Origin: Hydrolagus affinis
Lineage: Eukaryota
Direction: 5' to 3'
Assembly: GCA_012026655.1 (NCBI GenBank)
Contig: JAAILG010001166.1
Span: forward strand, 1-64,000
Length of the DNA: 64,000 nt
Shown here: in pieces, positions 1 to 11,210 of the stretch
How the letters are laid out: each line of letters begins with the position of its first letter
How positions within the stretch are numbered: position 1 is the stretch's first letter
Translations under genes and position numbers: made by a program
Notes under the pieces: model-generated
The model's database searches: none
What the model saw: only the letters and a program-made list of their open reading frames with translations
Told to the model about the DNA's origin: nothing

Positions 1-166
1 CCGTGCCTTTTGTTCCACCCCGAATTTTTCAACCTCCCCTTCGTGTTTCACCCCCGCCCAAACACTCCCCTCCCAGCTCGGGTCACACTCCCCCTGTGCA
101 GCGCCTTGGGACGTCCTCCCGACGTGAAAGGCGCTCTATAAATGTAATTTGTTGTTGTTGTTGTTG
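1..166 (+). mobile_element. L2 3'UTR/tail
   Basis: CAGCGCCTTGGGACGTCCTCCCGACGTGAAAGGCGCT hairpin followed by (TTG)n. Confidence 0.88.
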
Positions 167-487
167 TAGAGCACTTGTCTTGCAAGCTGGGGAGACCAAG
201 CTGGGGAGACCTGTGTTCGAATCCAGGCAGGTCAGGGCGAAACCTTGGGCAAGTTTCCTTACTCCATACGCCTAATAATAATCCGTCCAAAAAAAAACCA
301 CAATAACAAAATTGGTCATTTCAATCCACGACTGTGTGTGGGACACTGCTGTGCGCAATTGGCTGCCGCGATTCGCCCACAAATATATATATACAGTCAA
401 ATCACTTTACAGTGTCTTCTGTGAAGCACTGGGACATCGATAAGATGTGAAAAGCGCTATATCAAATGCAAGGATTATTATTATTAT
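167..487 (+). mobile_element. Same SINE family, slightly 5'-truncated, abutting an L2 (TTG)n tail
   Basis: Matches 4829-5179; has a 14-bp internal tandem duplication at 184-211. Confidence 0.9.
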
Positions 488-544
488 CTTGTCCTAAGAT
501 TGCTGTGAGAAATGGGAACTGTCACTGCCTAGTGCACTGGTAGG

Positions 545-814
545 ACCTTCAGTTTCTCCGCTCCCACCCTATGGAATTCTATCCCCCAATCCCTCCATCT
601 CGTTTCTTCCCTTTCCTCTTTCAAGGCCGGTCTGAAGACTTTCCTCTTCGACCGTGCCTTTTGTTCCACCCCGAATTCTTCGACCTCCCCTTCGTGTCTC
701 ACCCCCTCCCAAACACACCCCTCCCAGCTCGGGTCACACGCCTCCTGTACAGCGCCTTGGGACGTCCTCCCGACATGAAAAGCGCTCTATAAGTATAATT
801 TGTTGTTGTTGTTG
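545..814 (+). mobile_element. L2 3' end
   Basis: ORF2 C-terminal remnant, 3'UTR highly similar to 1-166, hairpin and (TTG)n. Confidence 0.88.
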
Positions 815-2377
815 TAGGAGGAGATTCCCTTTGAGGTGGTGTGGTGGAGAGGTGCGGGTCAGTTGTTGTAGAAGTCAGGGAGTTTTACATCCAGGGTTAC
901 AGTAGTGTTAATGGTTAGTGTCGTCCTCTCTGCTCCCTCATAGTTGACCATGCCTTCAGCCACTACGCCCTGCAATTTTGGAACACTATCCCCCAATCCC
1001 TCTGCCTTCCCTCATCTTCAGGTCGCTCCTAAAGAAACTTCTTCGTGGACAGTGCCTACAATTGCATCAGGTACCTTTAGGTTTGACAATGTCCCACACT
1101 CTACGGGTTTCGGGGAGACACTGGGCAAATCTGAGCTGAGCTGAGAGCTGAGTGTGTGTGTTCTCAATGGATCTATTTGTCAGCTGAACTAATTGAGCCG
1201 GTACACTGGATTCATTTAAAAAGAAAACAAAACTCGTTGCCGTGATGGGAGGAGAGTGGTCTGGAAGGAATGAGATCTGATGAATCCAAGGGCCTTAATC
1301 TACCAGTCCCCCTCCAAATGCGCAACAACTGATCAGTGTTTGTGTAAGTATACGTAGTTTCTGACATGAGGAACGTTGCAAGGAGATTTATTGAGATAAA
1401 GAAGGAAAATATTTCATCCAAGAAAAAGAGAAATTAATTTGTTCCTACGTCATAGAGGTCTAACATTTGAAAATACTTAGAATCGGGGGTAAATCAACTT
1501 ATTATTCAAGGTCATATTTATTCAGCATTAATACCCATTAATTTCCAAGGAAATATTAACCTAAAATTCTTAGAAAATTTGCAGCTATTTTTTCTTGCTG
1601 CTATAAATGCTCGTTTGACCCAAAACCCAGGGCTGGAAAAATATTTTGTAACTTACTCACTAGTTGGCGACCAGGAGCATAACAGCAAAGCAGGGTAGGA
1701 CAGCAACAAGGATGCTTCATGGCAAGAAAGTATAGAGACGATCACAAAGAGACAGAGACGGAGGCAGAATCTTATATATGTTCTCAAAATTCATGCTCCA
1801 GTCTAGTTTGTAGGTGTAGTTTCCAGTGTTCCACAATTTCTCTGAGATAACCTCAGGAAGGAATTCTTTCCAAAAGCTCTGTAGCTGTCGGCTGGGCTGG
1901 TGTAGCCTAATCCTTGGAATTTTTTTCTCCCCCAAAAGAATTTATTTTCTGATTTTCCTCAGGATTTCCCGTTCCTACCCAGGAATGTTAAAACGCTGTA
2001 CGTCATACCTTCACTGCTGTAACCTTGACCTCACTTGAGTCTAAAAGATAAATCATTCATATCCTCCCTTCAACGATTGAAAATCAGGACGATCAAATAT
2101 AAATTTTGAGAAATAGAAATAGCCATTAATTTTTTTCCCCCTGCGCTTATTTCACATGTCGTGTGGGTCAGGATGATTCCTGAGCTGTTCAAACTGTGAG
2201 ACTATTATACCAAGTAAAACAACAAGATTTAGAAGGTATGATGGAAAGGTGATCAGATGTACAACAACAACAAATTAAATTTCTGTAGCACCTTTCATGC
2301 CGGGAGGACGTCCCAAGGCGCTGGACAGTCAAAGATTTGGACCCATCTAGTGAATGCCTTTTGATTTCTTAAGGGTG

Positions 2378-2750
2378 GACAACAACAACAACAACAACAA
2401 AATTACATTTACCGCAAGACGTTGAACAGTCAGGGGTTGGAACCCGAGCAAGGGAGAGGGGCAGCGTAGAGGGGAGGGGAGGCAGAGAGGTGGGAGGGCA
2501 GTAGAAGGCACGAGCAAAAAGAAGGGTCTTCAGACCGGCCATGAAGGAAGTGAGGCGAAGGGACTGTGGGATGGAGTTCCAGAGTGTGGGGGCAGAGAGG
2601 CTGAAAGCTTGGCCACCGATGGTAGGACAGGTCAAGCGGGAGACATGGAGCAGACCGGAGCCCGCTGAACTGAGGAGGCGGGCAGGCTGATAGGGAATCA
2701 GCAGGTTGGAGAGATAGGAAGGGGCGAGGCCGTGAATGGCCTTCAAAATG
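2378..2750 (-). mobile_element. L2 3' end (ORF2 C-terminus plus tail)
   Basis: KAIHGLAPSYLSNLLIPYQPAR...GGQAFSLSAPTLWNSIP...LKTLLF is the typical L2 ORF2 C-terminus. (CAA)n at the left edge. Confidence 0.93.
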
Positions 2751-3373
2751 GACCGTTACAAAACGTTTCTATAAGAGACAGAAGCTGTTTGGGCTGTTGA
2801 ATAAATAATAATAATCCTTGCATTTGATATAGCGCTTTTCACATCTTATTGACGTCTCAAAGCGCTTCACAGAATATACTGTAAAGTGAATTGACCATGT
2901 ATATGGGGTGTAGACTGCATGGGTAGGACGGGTTGTAAGGCCTATTCTTATTCAGGAACCTCTTGTGTTTTTGTTCTTGCGCAGCTGAATTGGAACAAAT
3001 GTGTTTGAATGACAGAGATACCATCGAAAAAAGCATATGGTGATTGTCCAGCCCTTGGTAATGTGAATTTACAATGAGAAAATCCCATTATTGTGGGACA
3101 AAATCACGAAGGATAGCCCATATACCACTGATGGAGACTGAAGAGTACTTGTCGGTTGGTAAATTTGGAGGTGATTCGATTATCCAACGGAACAGCCCAG
3201 GATCATTGGGTGAATAATGTGATATGGTAATTGCCATACATAATATGATCACCTCAAGAAATATTGTACCCGTCAGTTCTATCCACACCCTACACCATGA
3301 TAATTATTATGGGTGTAGAATGCAGGTAGAGAATGATAGGTATTTGATGAGGTGATTATATAACCCTGTGACA

Positions 3374-3663
3374 ATGATAATAATCCTCGCATTAATCCTT
3401 AATGTCTCAATGCGCTTCACAGGATATGCTGTAAAGTGAATTCACTGCATATTTGTGAGCAAAAATCGGCAGCCAATTGCGCACAGCAGTGTCTCACAAA
3501 CAGGCGTGGATTGAAATGACCAATTTACTATTTTTTTTTAATGAGGGATTAGTGTTTGGCATGTGCAGTAGGAAAACTTGCCCAAGGTTTCGCCTTGCCT
3601 GGAATTGAACCCAGGTCTCTCGCTTGTAAGGTGAGTGCTCTAACCGCTGAGCTACAGGACCCC
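3374..3663 (-). mobile_element. Same SINE family, full length
   Basis: Reverse complement of the tRNA head, core and tail. Confidence 0.9.
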
Positions 3664-4828
3664 ACAAATAGCGTTCTGTTTATCGTGACACACTCTGAGA
3701 TGCACTACCCTACGTGCTGACTGGCCAACACCTTGGGACGTCCTCCTGAAACGAAAGGCGTTACACAAATGTAACTTTGATCTTGTTGCCGGGAGCTATA
3801 TAAGTGCAAGTTGTTGTTGGAACATGCTTGACATGAAGATAGATGATACACAGCTCACACCCTGGATAATTAACACAATGCATTTTTCACACACCCCGCC
3901 ACTTGTGGCTAAAGGTGGCAGAGTGATGATTATACTAAAATAATGTTGATTTCATTTTGAAATTGCGCCGGGATGTTGAAATGCATAACATTAATTAACT
4001 GCTTCTCAGATCGTCGCCATCACGTGTAATGACTGCAGTCAATTTACAGATGGTAATATTCTCACGAGCCGACACGACTGATTTATCGGGAGGATTGTTG
4101 TCTAAGACGCCAGGAGACACAACCGGTTTCATAGAAATGTACGGCACAGAATGAATCCATTTGGTCCCATTGAGTCTGCACCATCCTGCGTCATTCGATC
4201 ATCCCACTGACCTGCCCTATCCCCACACCCCTTCAAGCCTCTATCGTTCATTCGTACATGATTTTACCCAATTTTTGAGTCTGGGATTTTAGTCAGTAAT
4301 GATAGTTGCAGATAGGAAAAAAAAGGGGGAAATTCTGACCTCCGTTGGAAGTGGACCGCATTCGTCAGGTGAACACAAGTGAAGTTCAACTGTACGTACA
4401 TCCATGTTGCTGACTCTGCAAAATGTTTTGCCTATTGTCAAATTCTAACAGCGAACCCTGAGATGGAGTGGATTAAACAAAACCAAAAAAAATGGCCGAT
4501 TGTGGACACAGACAGTGAGTGAAAATGTACTGAAGAGAGGGTGGTGGGAGGTGCTGAGCTATTTTCCCCTCCTACATCCTTCGCTGAAGACTGCAGACTG
4601 TGTGCGTGTGTGTTGTGTATCCCAGCAAGGGACCCAACACCCACTCAATTGCCTAATGCTCAAATAACGCTTGCTTCATTACAAACCACAGAGAGCAGTG
4701 CCCATTTCTGACTGCAACATGCCACGAGTTGGAAAACTTGGAGAACCGGTTGATAGATTTCGGGGTGTGGAGGGAGGGTGTGTTCTGAGCCCCTGCTGGC
4801 CCTAACCACCTGCCACTTAGGTTTTCCT

Positions 4829-5179
4829 GGAGTCCTGTAGCTCAGTGGTTAGAGCACTCGCCTTACAAGCGAGAGACCTTGCTGAGGTCTGTGTTCGATT
4901 CCAGGCAGGGCGAAAACCTTGGGCAAGTTTCCTTACAACCCACGCCTGATAATAATCCCTCAAGAAGAAAAAACAGCAATAAATTGGTCATTTTCAATCC
5001 ACGACTGTTTGTGGGACACTGCTGTGTGCAATTGGCTGCCGCATTCGCCCACAACTATACAGTCAATTCACTTTTACAGTACATACTGTGACGCGCTTTG
5101 AGACGTCTAGAAGACGTGAAAAGCGCTATGACAAATGCAAGGGTTATTCTTAGTATTATTATTATTATTATTATTATTA
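4829..5179 (+). mobile_element. tRNA(Val)-derived SINE, full length, short form
   Basis: Box A TAGCTCAGTGG, anticodon arm CTCGC-CTTACAA-GCGAG (TAC), box B GTTCGATTCC, CCTTGGGCAAGT core, L2-type hairpin tail, (TTA)n. Confidence 0.93.
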
Positions 5180-5534
5180 CTGCAGCGGTCGAGGAAAGCT
5201 GCAAGAGAAAGAAACAATTGCTGAAATACAAGGAAGCAAGCCGAATGGAAGATTTACCACTGAGATTTTTTAGCAAGGCTGTTTGTAATGTAATTACTCT
5301 GTAAGTGATGGCAGGCAGCCAGAGGTTTGATACACATCCTAGGTTACATAAGCTCCTTTCTAGGAAGAAAGTTGTTAAAGATAGCAGATGGTGTTTATTT
5401 TCTCCAGAGACGGGTATTAGAGTGTGGCTTGCTTTTCTTGGGTATACAGGAGTGGCAAGCTAATGTTTTTTTGCGCGCGTTTTAACGTTCTCTGCCCCAA
5501 TACAGAAGCAAGGAAGTCAGTGTCATAGAACGCC

Positions 5535-5785
5535 GTGAAATTGATCCAGTCGAGACAGAAAACCTTAGGCAAGTTTCCATACTCGACACGCCAATGTTTG
5601 CCTAGTACGTAGTAAATAGGAACCCGGTCGTTAGTCGATTGGTGAATCGCATTCGGGAGGAGGGGGGGAAGGGGGGTAGGGTGGGGGTGGAAATAACAAT
5701 CCCTCAGAAAAAAATGGTCACTCAATCTCTGACTGTTTGTCGGACACTGCTTTGCGCAACTGGCTACCGCTTTTGGCCCACAGCA
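5535..5785 (+). mobile_element. SINE, long form, truncated
   Basis: Core plus the extra TGTTTGCCTAG..GTAAATAGGAACCCGGTCGTTAGTCGATTGG segment. Confidence 0.8.
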
Positions 5786-5789
5786 CAGG

Positions 5790-6720
5790 GACGGGAGCCC
5801 AGTGGAGCTGGGTGTCGGCGATACTGACCCAGGGGGCATCTAGTGACTCTGCCAGCGAGCGCGACTGCGAGCGAGCGAGCGAGACAGCGAGCGCTCAGTG
5901 GGGACGGGTTCCCTCACCTTGAGACCCCCATCCCCAGCCTCGGTCATTCATCTGTGTGACGCAGCGATGGCGTCCCCTTCGGATATCAGAGGGTCCCTTC
6001 GCCGGGGAAAACGCTGCAAATCCAATCCCCGGTCTGCGGCCTAGTGAAGGGGGGGACACCTCCCTCTAGGTCCTTCTCCCCGGTTCCCGCAGCCAAAGAG
6101 TGGACATTTCTCTCTGTGGACGAAGCCACGTGTGATGGTGAGCTGTCCGGCTCCCAGACTAACTCCAGTCGATGTTCCGGTTGTTTGGATTTTAATCTGG
6201 TTTTGGAGTTCACGGCGGAGGACGAGGAGGAGGAGATTCAAGGAAATATCCCGAGAGGCTGACGTTCAGAGGTGGGAGCGCGCTCTGGCCCGAGAGGCAA
6301 GTTACTCCGTTCTCAAACCAACATGAAACTCGCTGCCGTTTCTCAGTGTCCAAGTCAACGGCCCTCGATCGATCACTCAATCCCCCACCTCGCTCAGCCC
6401 TGTTTGTGGGGCTTTTTTTGTTGTTGCTGTGTGTACGATGGCTGCTGTGTCCGCCTCCAGACTCAACGGTAATTTGCAAAGTGACTTTGGAACTTTCTAG
6501 CATCTCAACTTAAATTGCGGCTTTAAAAACCCGCTGTTTCAATCATTGTCTGAAATGAAAGTGGAATTGTCTGAAACCCAGTGAGATGAAGAGGATGTGA
6601 ACTCTCTCTCTCTCTCTCTCTGGACATCATGATGATGACGGTGTGTCTTGCGGAACGAGTGCAAAGACGAGATGAGTGTTTGGATTCTCTCGCCCTGAGC
6701 CGCTGCGAAAGTATGTTTTT
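5790..6720. promoter_or_regulatory. CpG-rich promoter / first-exon region of an unidentified gene (possibly bidirectional)
   Basis: Visibly high GC and CpG density relative to flanks, with (GCGA)n, (GGA)n and (TC)n tracts. Minus-strand donor AAG|gtgagg at 5918/5917. Plus-strand strong-Kozak ATG at 6438 with donor ACG|gtaatt at 6468/6469. Confidence 0.6.
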
Positions 6721-6768
6721 TTTCATTTTTATTATTAATAATGGTAATAATTACTAATTATTATGATC

Positions 6769-6919
6769 NNNNNNNNNNNNNNNNNNNNNNNNNNNNNNNN
6801 NNNNNNNNNNNNNNNNNNNNNNNNNNNNNNNNNNNNNNNNNNNNNNNNNNNNNNNNNNNNNNNNNNNNNNNNNNNNNNNNNNNNNNNNNNNNNNNNNNNN
6901 NNNNNNNNNNNNNNNNNNN
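6769..6919. other. Assembly gap (151 N)
   Basis: Run of n characters. Confidence 1.
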
Positions 6920-6941
6920 CAGTTGAGGGGTTTTGGCCACC

Positions 6942-7330
6942 AAGTCCTGCAGCTCAGTGGGTAGAGCACTCACGTTACAAGCATGAGACCTGTGTTCGAA
7001 TCCAGGCAGGTCAGGGCGAAACTTTGGGCAAGTTTCCTTACTCCATACGCCTAATAATAATCCCTTCAAAAAAAAATTAAATTGGTCATTTTAATCCATG
7101 AATGTTTACAATTGGCTGCTGCGTTTTGCTCTCAAGTATACAGTCAATTCATTTTACAGTATATTCTGTAAAGTGCTTTGAGACGTCTAGAAGACGTGCA
7201 AAGTGCTGTATCAAACGCAAGGATTATAATTCTTATTGTTATTACAGAATATACCATCAATTTACTCCACAATATATTCCGTGAAGCGCTTTGAGACACC
7301 CTTGAAAAGGCAAGGATTACTTTTATTATT
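6942..7330 (+). mobile_element. SINE, short form, with a second tail fragment
   Basis: tRNA head, core and tail; the tail is repeated at ~7245-7330. Confidence 0.88.
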
Positions 7331-8934
7331 GTTCAATTTTGCTTTCAACTTCGTAATAATCAACAAGGGTCCGAGAGAGAATTAAATTATAATGAATAAT
7401 AAATCTTCCATTTGATCTAGTGCCTATTATGACTAAATATATCGAAATGATTTACGGTAATCACTGTTAAGTGTAGTTAATTTGAATTCAACATCCTTGC
7501 CTTCATATTCAAATCCCTCTATAGCCTAACCCAACCCTGCCCAGCCCCCGCCCCCCTCCCCTTCCCCTCCCCTCCACCACAACAGTCCGATCCACCCCAT
7601 CATCAGAGGGTAAGCTTTCAGTACGGTATTTCTGCTCTTGCTGTCTTGTAACTCAAACTCTCTCCTCCAACCATACAAGCAGATGACCACTTGCCTCCAT
7701 TAGCACAGCACTGCAGAGCGAGGTTCATCTCTCTCTCTTTTTTTCACAAAAATCTTTCTTGAGGACGAACCATGACTTTGGGTAAATCTCTGGATAAAGC
7801 CAGACCACGGACATCGCTTTCTCTGCCAGACTTACTTCATCACGCAAAATTCGAAATCAAAATATTTTGACTCTTGCGCGATAGTAAATGTTGTCTGTAT
7901 GATATATGATGACATTACAAGTGGGAACAGATGGTGGGTATGAGAGGAACTGCTTCTCAGTGACGACACCGTAATCTCTTTACAATTTGCAGAACAATGT
8001 CACGCCTGTATTCATTACTTACTTACTTGCTGGCGTCTGGCATGAATCAAACACGCAATCAGGAATCATTAGACATATTCCGTGCACGATGCTGAACACA
8101 AATCAATTACAGATCTTTTTGTTATTCCTTGCTATTTTTTGCTATTCCGTTTAACCCAATTGGTGAGCAAATTTCACCTCAAGTGAATCGTTTTCGTTCA
8201 GGAGGGGACGTCCCAAGGCCAACGGTTAGGCCATCCTAACCGGACGTGAAAGGCGCTGTACAAATGTAATTTGGGATTGTGCTGTATTGTATTTATTGTG
8301 GTCACAACAATTTGTATTAAACAAAGTGGCTTTCACATCAGAAAGACATCTGCAAGCACTTGACAAAGCTGACTGTGAGACCAAGCTTTGGCAGAGGAAC
8401 TGTAGAAGACCACAAGCGCAATGGAACAGATAGGTCTTAAGACAAGCTTTGAAGATGGCAAAGGAGGCGTAAGACAGAGGGACACTGAGGAGGAAGTTTC
8501 AGGGAGCAGGTGCAGAATAATAATAATAATCCTTGCATTTGATATAGAGCCTTACCACATTGCCAAAGTGCTTCCCCATAGTTGCCCCATTGACAAGTTC
8601 CATCCCATCCATGTGTCTGCTATTTTTACTCCTTATTCCTATTGAATTTCAGAAGACCTTTGCCCTATACTTTACATGAAGAGGTTTCCAAATTCATTAC
8701 CAAAGTACACTTTTTGGCAAGCTTCAGATAACTCCCGAAACGTTATAAGATGTGTATTAATATTAGAATTACAAGCATGGTATAGGGTAAGATTAAACAT
8801 GCAAAATTATTTCACTGATAGACGAGTAGCTTGTTCTTGTATAAACAGTTGCTTGAAAGTTTGCCTTGCAATCAATCAAGACTTTAACAACTTACATTTA
8901 TACAGCGCCTTTCAGTCGAGAGGACGTCCTAAGG

Positions 8935-9232
8935 TGCAAGCGAGAAGACCTGGGTTTAATTCCTTACCCACACACACACTCCTGCTTACCTAGCAGTAAG
9001 TAGGAACCCACTTATTAGTCGATTGGCGGGTTGCGTTCCGGAGCTAATAATCGCTCCAAAAATAAAGAAATAATAATTATTTGGTCACTCAATCCACGAC
9101 TGTTTATGGGACCCTGTTGTACACAATTGGCTCCAGTGTTGCGGCCACACAGTCACTACACTTTAGAGTATATTTGTGAAGCGCTCTGAAACTTCTCTAC
9201 AACGTGTTAAGGCACAATAACAAATGGCAAGG
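8935..9232 (+). mobile_element. SINE, long form
   Basis: CTTACCTAGCAGTAAGTAGGAACCC..TTAGTCGATTGGCGG segment plus the shared 3' module. Confidence 0.82.
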
Positions 9233-10279
9233 AGGGGAAAAGGTCATTGCCATTTTCAGTTTTGTCGGGTGGTGTGGTGTGGGGTGGGGGAGCTTGTAAA
9301 TTAGACTATTTGATTTATCTTTTATATAAAGTTATTTTTGTTCCTATTAAGTAAGACATTGTTGTACGATTTCCAGCTTTCCAAACTCACCACATAGGAA
9401 GGTCCCCTGACAACGTTCTGTTTAATTGGCTTCTGGTTTATATCTTCCAAAGATCCATATCAGACAGTGTAATGATAACATTGCCCATGTGATAATTTCT
9501 TCAGCTAATAATAATAATCCTATAATCCTTGCTTTTGATATAACGCATCTCAAAGCACTTCACAGAATATACTGTAAAGTGAATTGACTGTACACTTGTG
9601 GGCGAAATAATAATACTAAACACTACTACAATCCTACTAATAATAATAATGGTTGTGAAACAGTTGTGTTGCTACACCCTCCAGTAAAGCGAAATGATTC
9701 GCAAAAGGTTCATATTATCCAATGCATCTGAATTCTGCTTTAAAATCCACCCACCAATGAAGTGAAACGAGAATTAGATTGCTCTCGCGCACCCGTTCAG
9801 CGAGTTCACCGCAAAGAGAGAGACGAGCGGGAGGTCAATGAGGAATGTACCAGCTGCTGAATCAGCAGCCAGTGACAATGACTGATGACACTGGCGATCA
9901 GTCTGGACGTTTATTAGTGTTGGCGTTGAGTTGTGACGCTCCTTGTCTTTCACGGGTCTTTTATGCATCGCCGCGTGGACGCAATGTTTTCTTAGCTGCA
10001 GAAAATCATCCGAAAATGGACCATGGAATCCACCCATAAAATTCACAGCTCAATTTCAAATACAAAATCACCATTCATTGCTGATGTCCATATTATCTCT
10101 GCGCTTCTCTAAAAATATGTCACTGTTTACATTGCACCATTTAAAAGGCTTTGAGCCCCAGGTACAATTTCTGTGTACTCCGTGCAATTCTATATACAGT
10201 ATTTGGCCTGAGTGCCCAACAACAGCAACAACAACTTGCATTTAAATAGCAACTCATGCAGCATAGAGTCCCAGAGAGC

Positions 10280-10555
10280 TTAATAATAATAATAATAATA
10301 ATAAACTTTGCATTGATAAAGCTCTTTACCACATCGTTGAAACGTTTCAAAGTACTTCACAGGATATACTGTAAAGCAAATTGCTTGTATATTTTGTGGG
10401 CGAGATTCGCATCCCAATTGCGCACAGCAGTGTCTCACAAACAATCGTGGTTCAAGTTGTGAATTTAAAAAACAAAATAAAAATTTTGAAGGAATTATTA
10501 CCCTCGGAAAAGCGTTCCGCCAATCGACTAACAGCCGGGTTCCTCCTTACTGCCT
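10280..10555 (-). mobile_element. SINE, long form, 5'-truncated
   Basis: (TAA)n, tail and reverse complement of the long-form segment. Confidence 0.85.
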
Positions 10556-10934
10556 AAGATCCGAAAAAGGAAAAAATAAGCCTGGATTTTTGCTCAAATC
10601 AGCCACTAGTACCATTTGAGAGGAGCATACAGCTCGTACCTCCAGTTTGGACTCTGAAATTGTGGAGAAACGATTAAATCGGGGAGAGACAGCCCGATCT
10701 GTCCTTTTACTGATTCACCCAATTCACCTCAACGTTTACCCGGTACAACTAAGAAATGCCAGTGGACACGAGGAACCAGGCGCACACTGGAAGTCTTACA
10801 AATTAAGATCAAGATTAATGTTTCTCAGGCACTTCCAAAACAGGCAGCAGCTGCATCTCCCCATCTGCCCAACGGGTAACAATTCTCCATTCATTTTTGG
10901 AATAATTTGATGTGTTCGAAATTGACAGGCAAAT

Positions 10935-11210
10935 TTGGTGTTCGGTTCCACAAAATGCACAGTCAACTCACTTTACTCGGTGTACTCTGTGAAGCGCTTT
11001 GAGACATTTTAACTGTAATAATAATAATACTAATAATCCTTGCATTTAATATAGTGCTTTTCATGTCTTCTAGACGTCTCAAAGCGCTTCACAGAATATA
11101 CTGTAAAGTGAATTGACTGTATATTTGTGAGTATACATATATTTGTGTATACTGTATATATATATGAATGTAATGAGGCGCTGTATCAAATGCAAAGGTT
11201 ATTATTTACT
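10935..11210. mobile_element. Nested SINE tails in opposite orientation
   Basis: A plus-strand tail is split at ~11013 by a minus-strand tail and resumes at ~11168. Confidence 0.85.

Noticed and set aside
1717-1935. Protein-looking minus ORF (..LQSFWKEFLPEVISEKLW..)
   Set aside because: Non-ATG start, no convincing splice sites in that frame, and no family recognised.
4829-4912. tRNA-Val(TAC) gene
   Set aside because: The A/B boxes and anticodon arm run straight into a SINE body that is repeated many times in the window, so this is a SINE head.
6741-7080. ORFs spanning X residues
   Set aside because: Artefacts of the N gap and the adjacent SINE.
7798-7818. REST/RE1-like ACCACGGACATCGC
   Set aside because: The left half-site is absent and the GGACAG core is mismatched.
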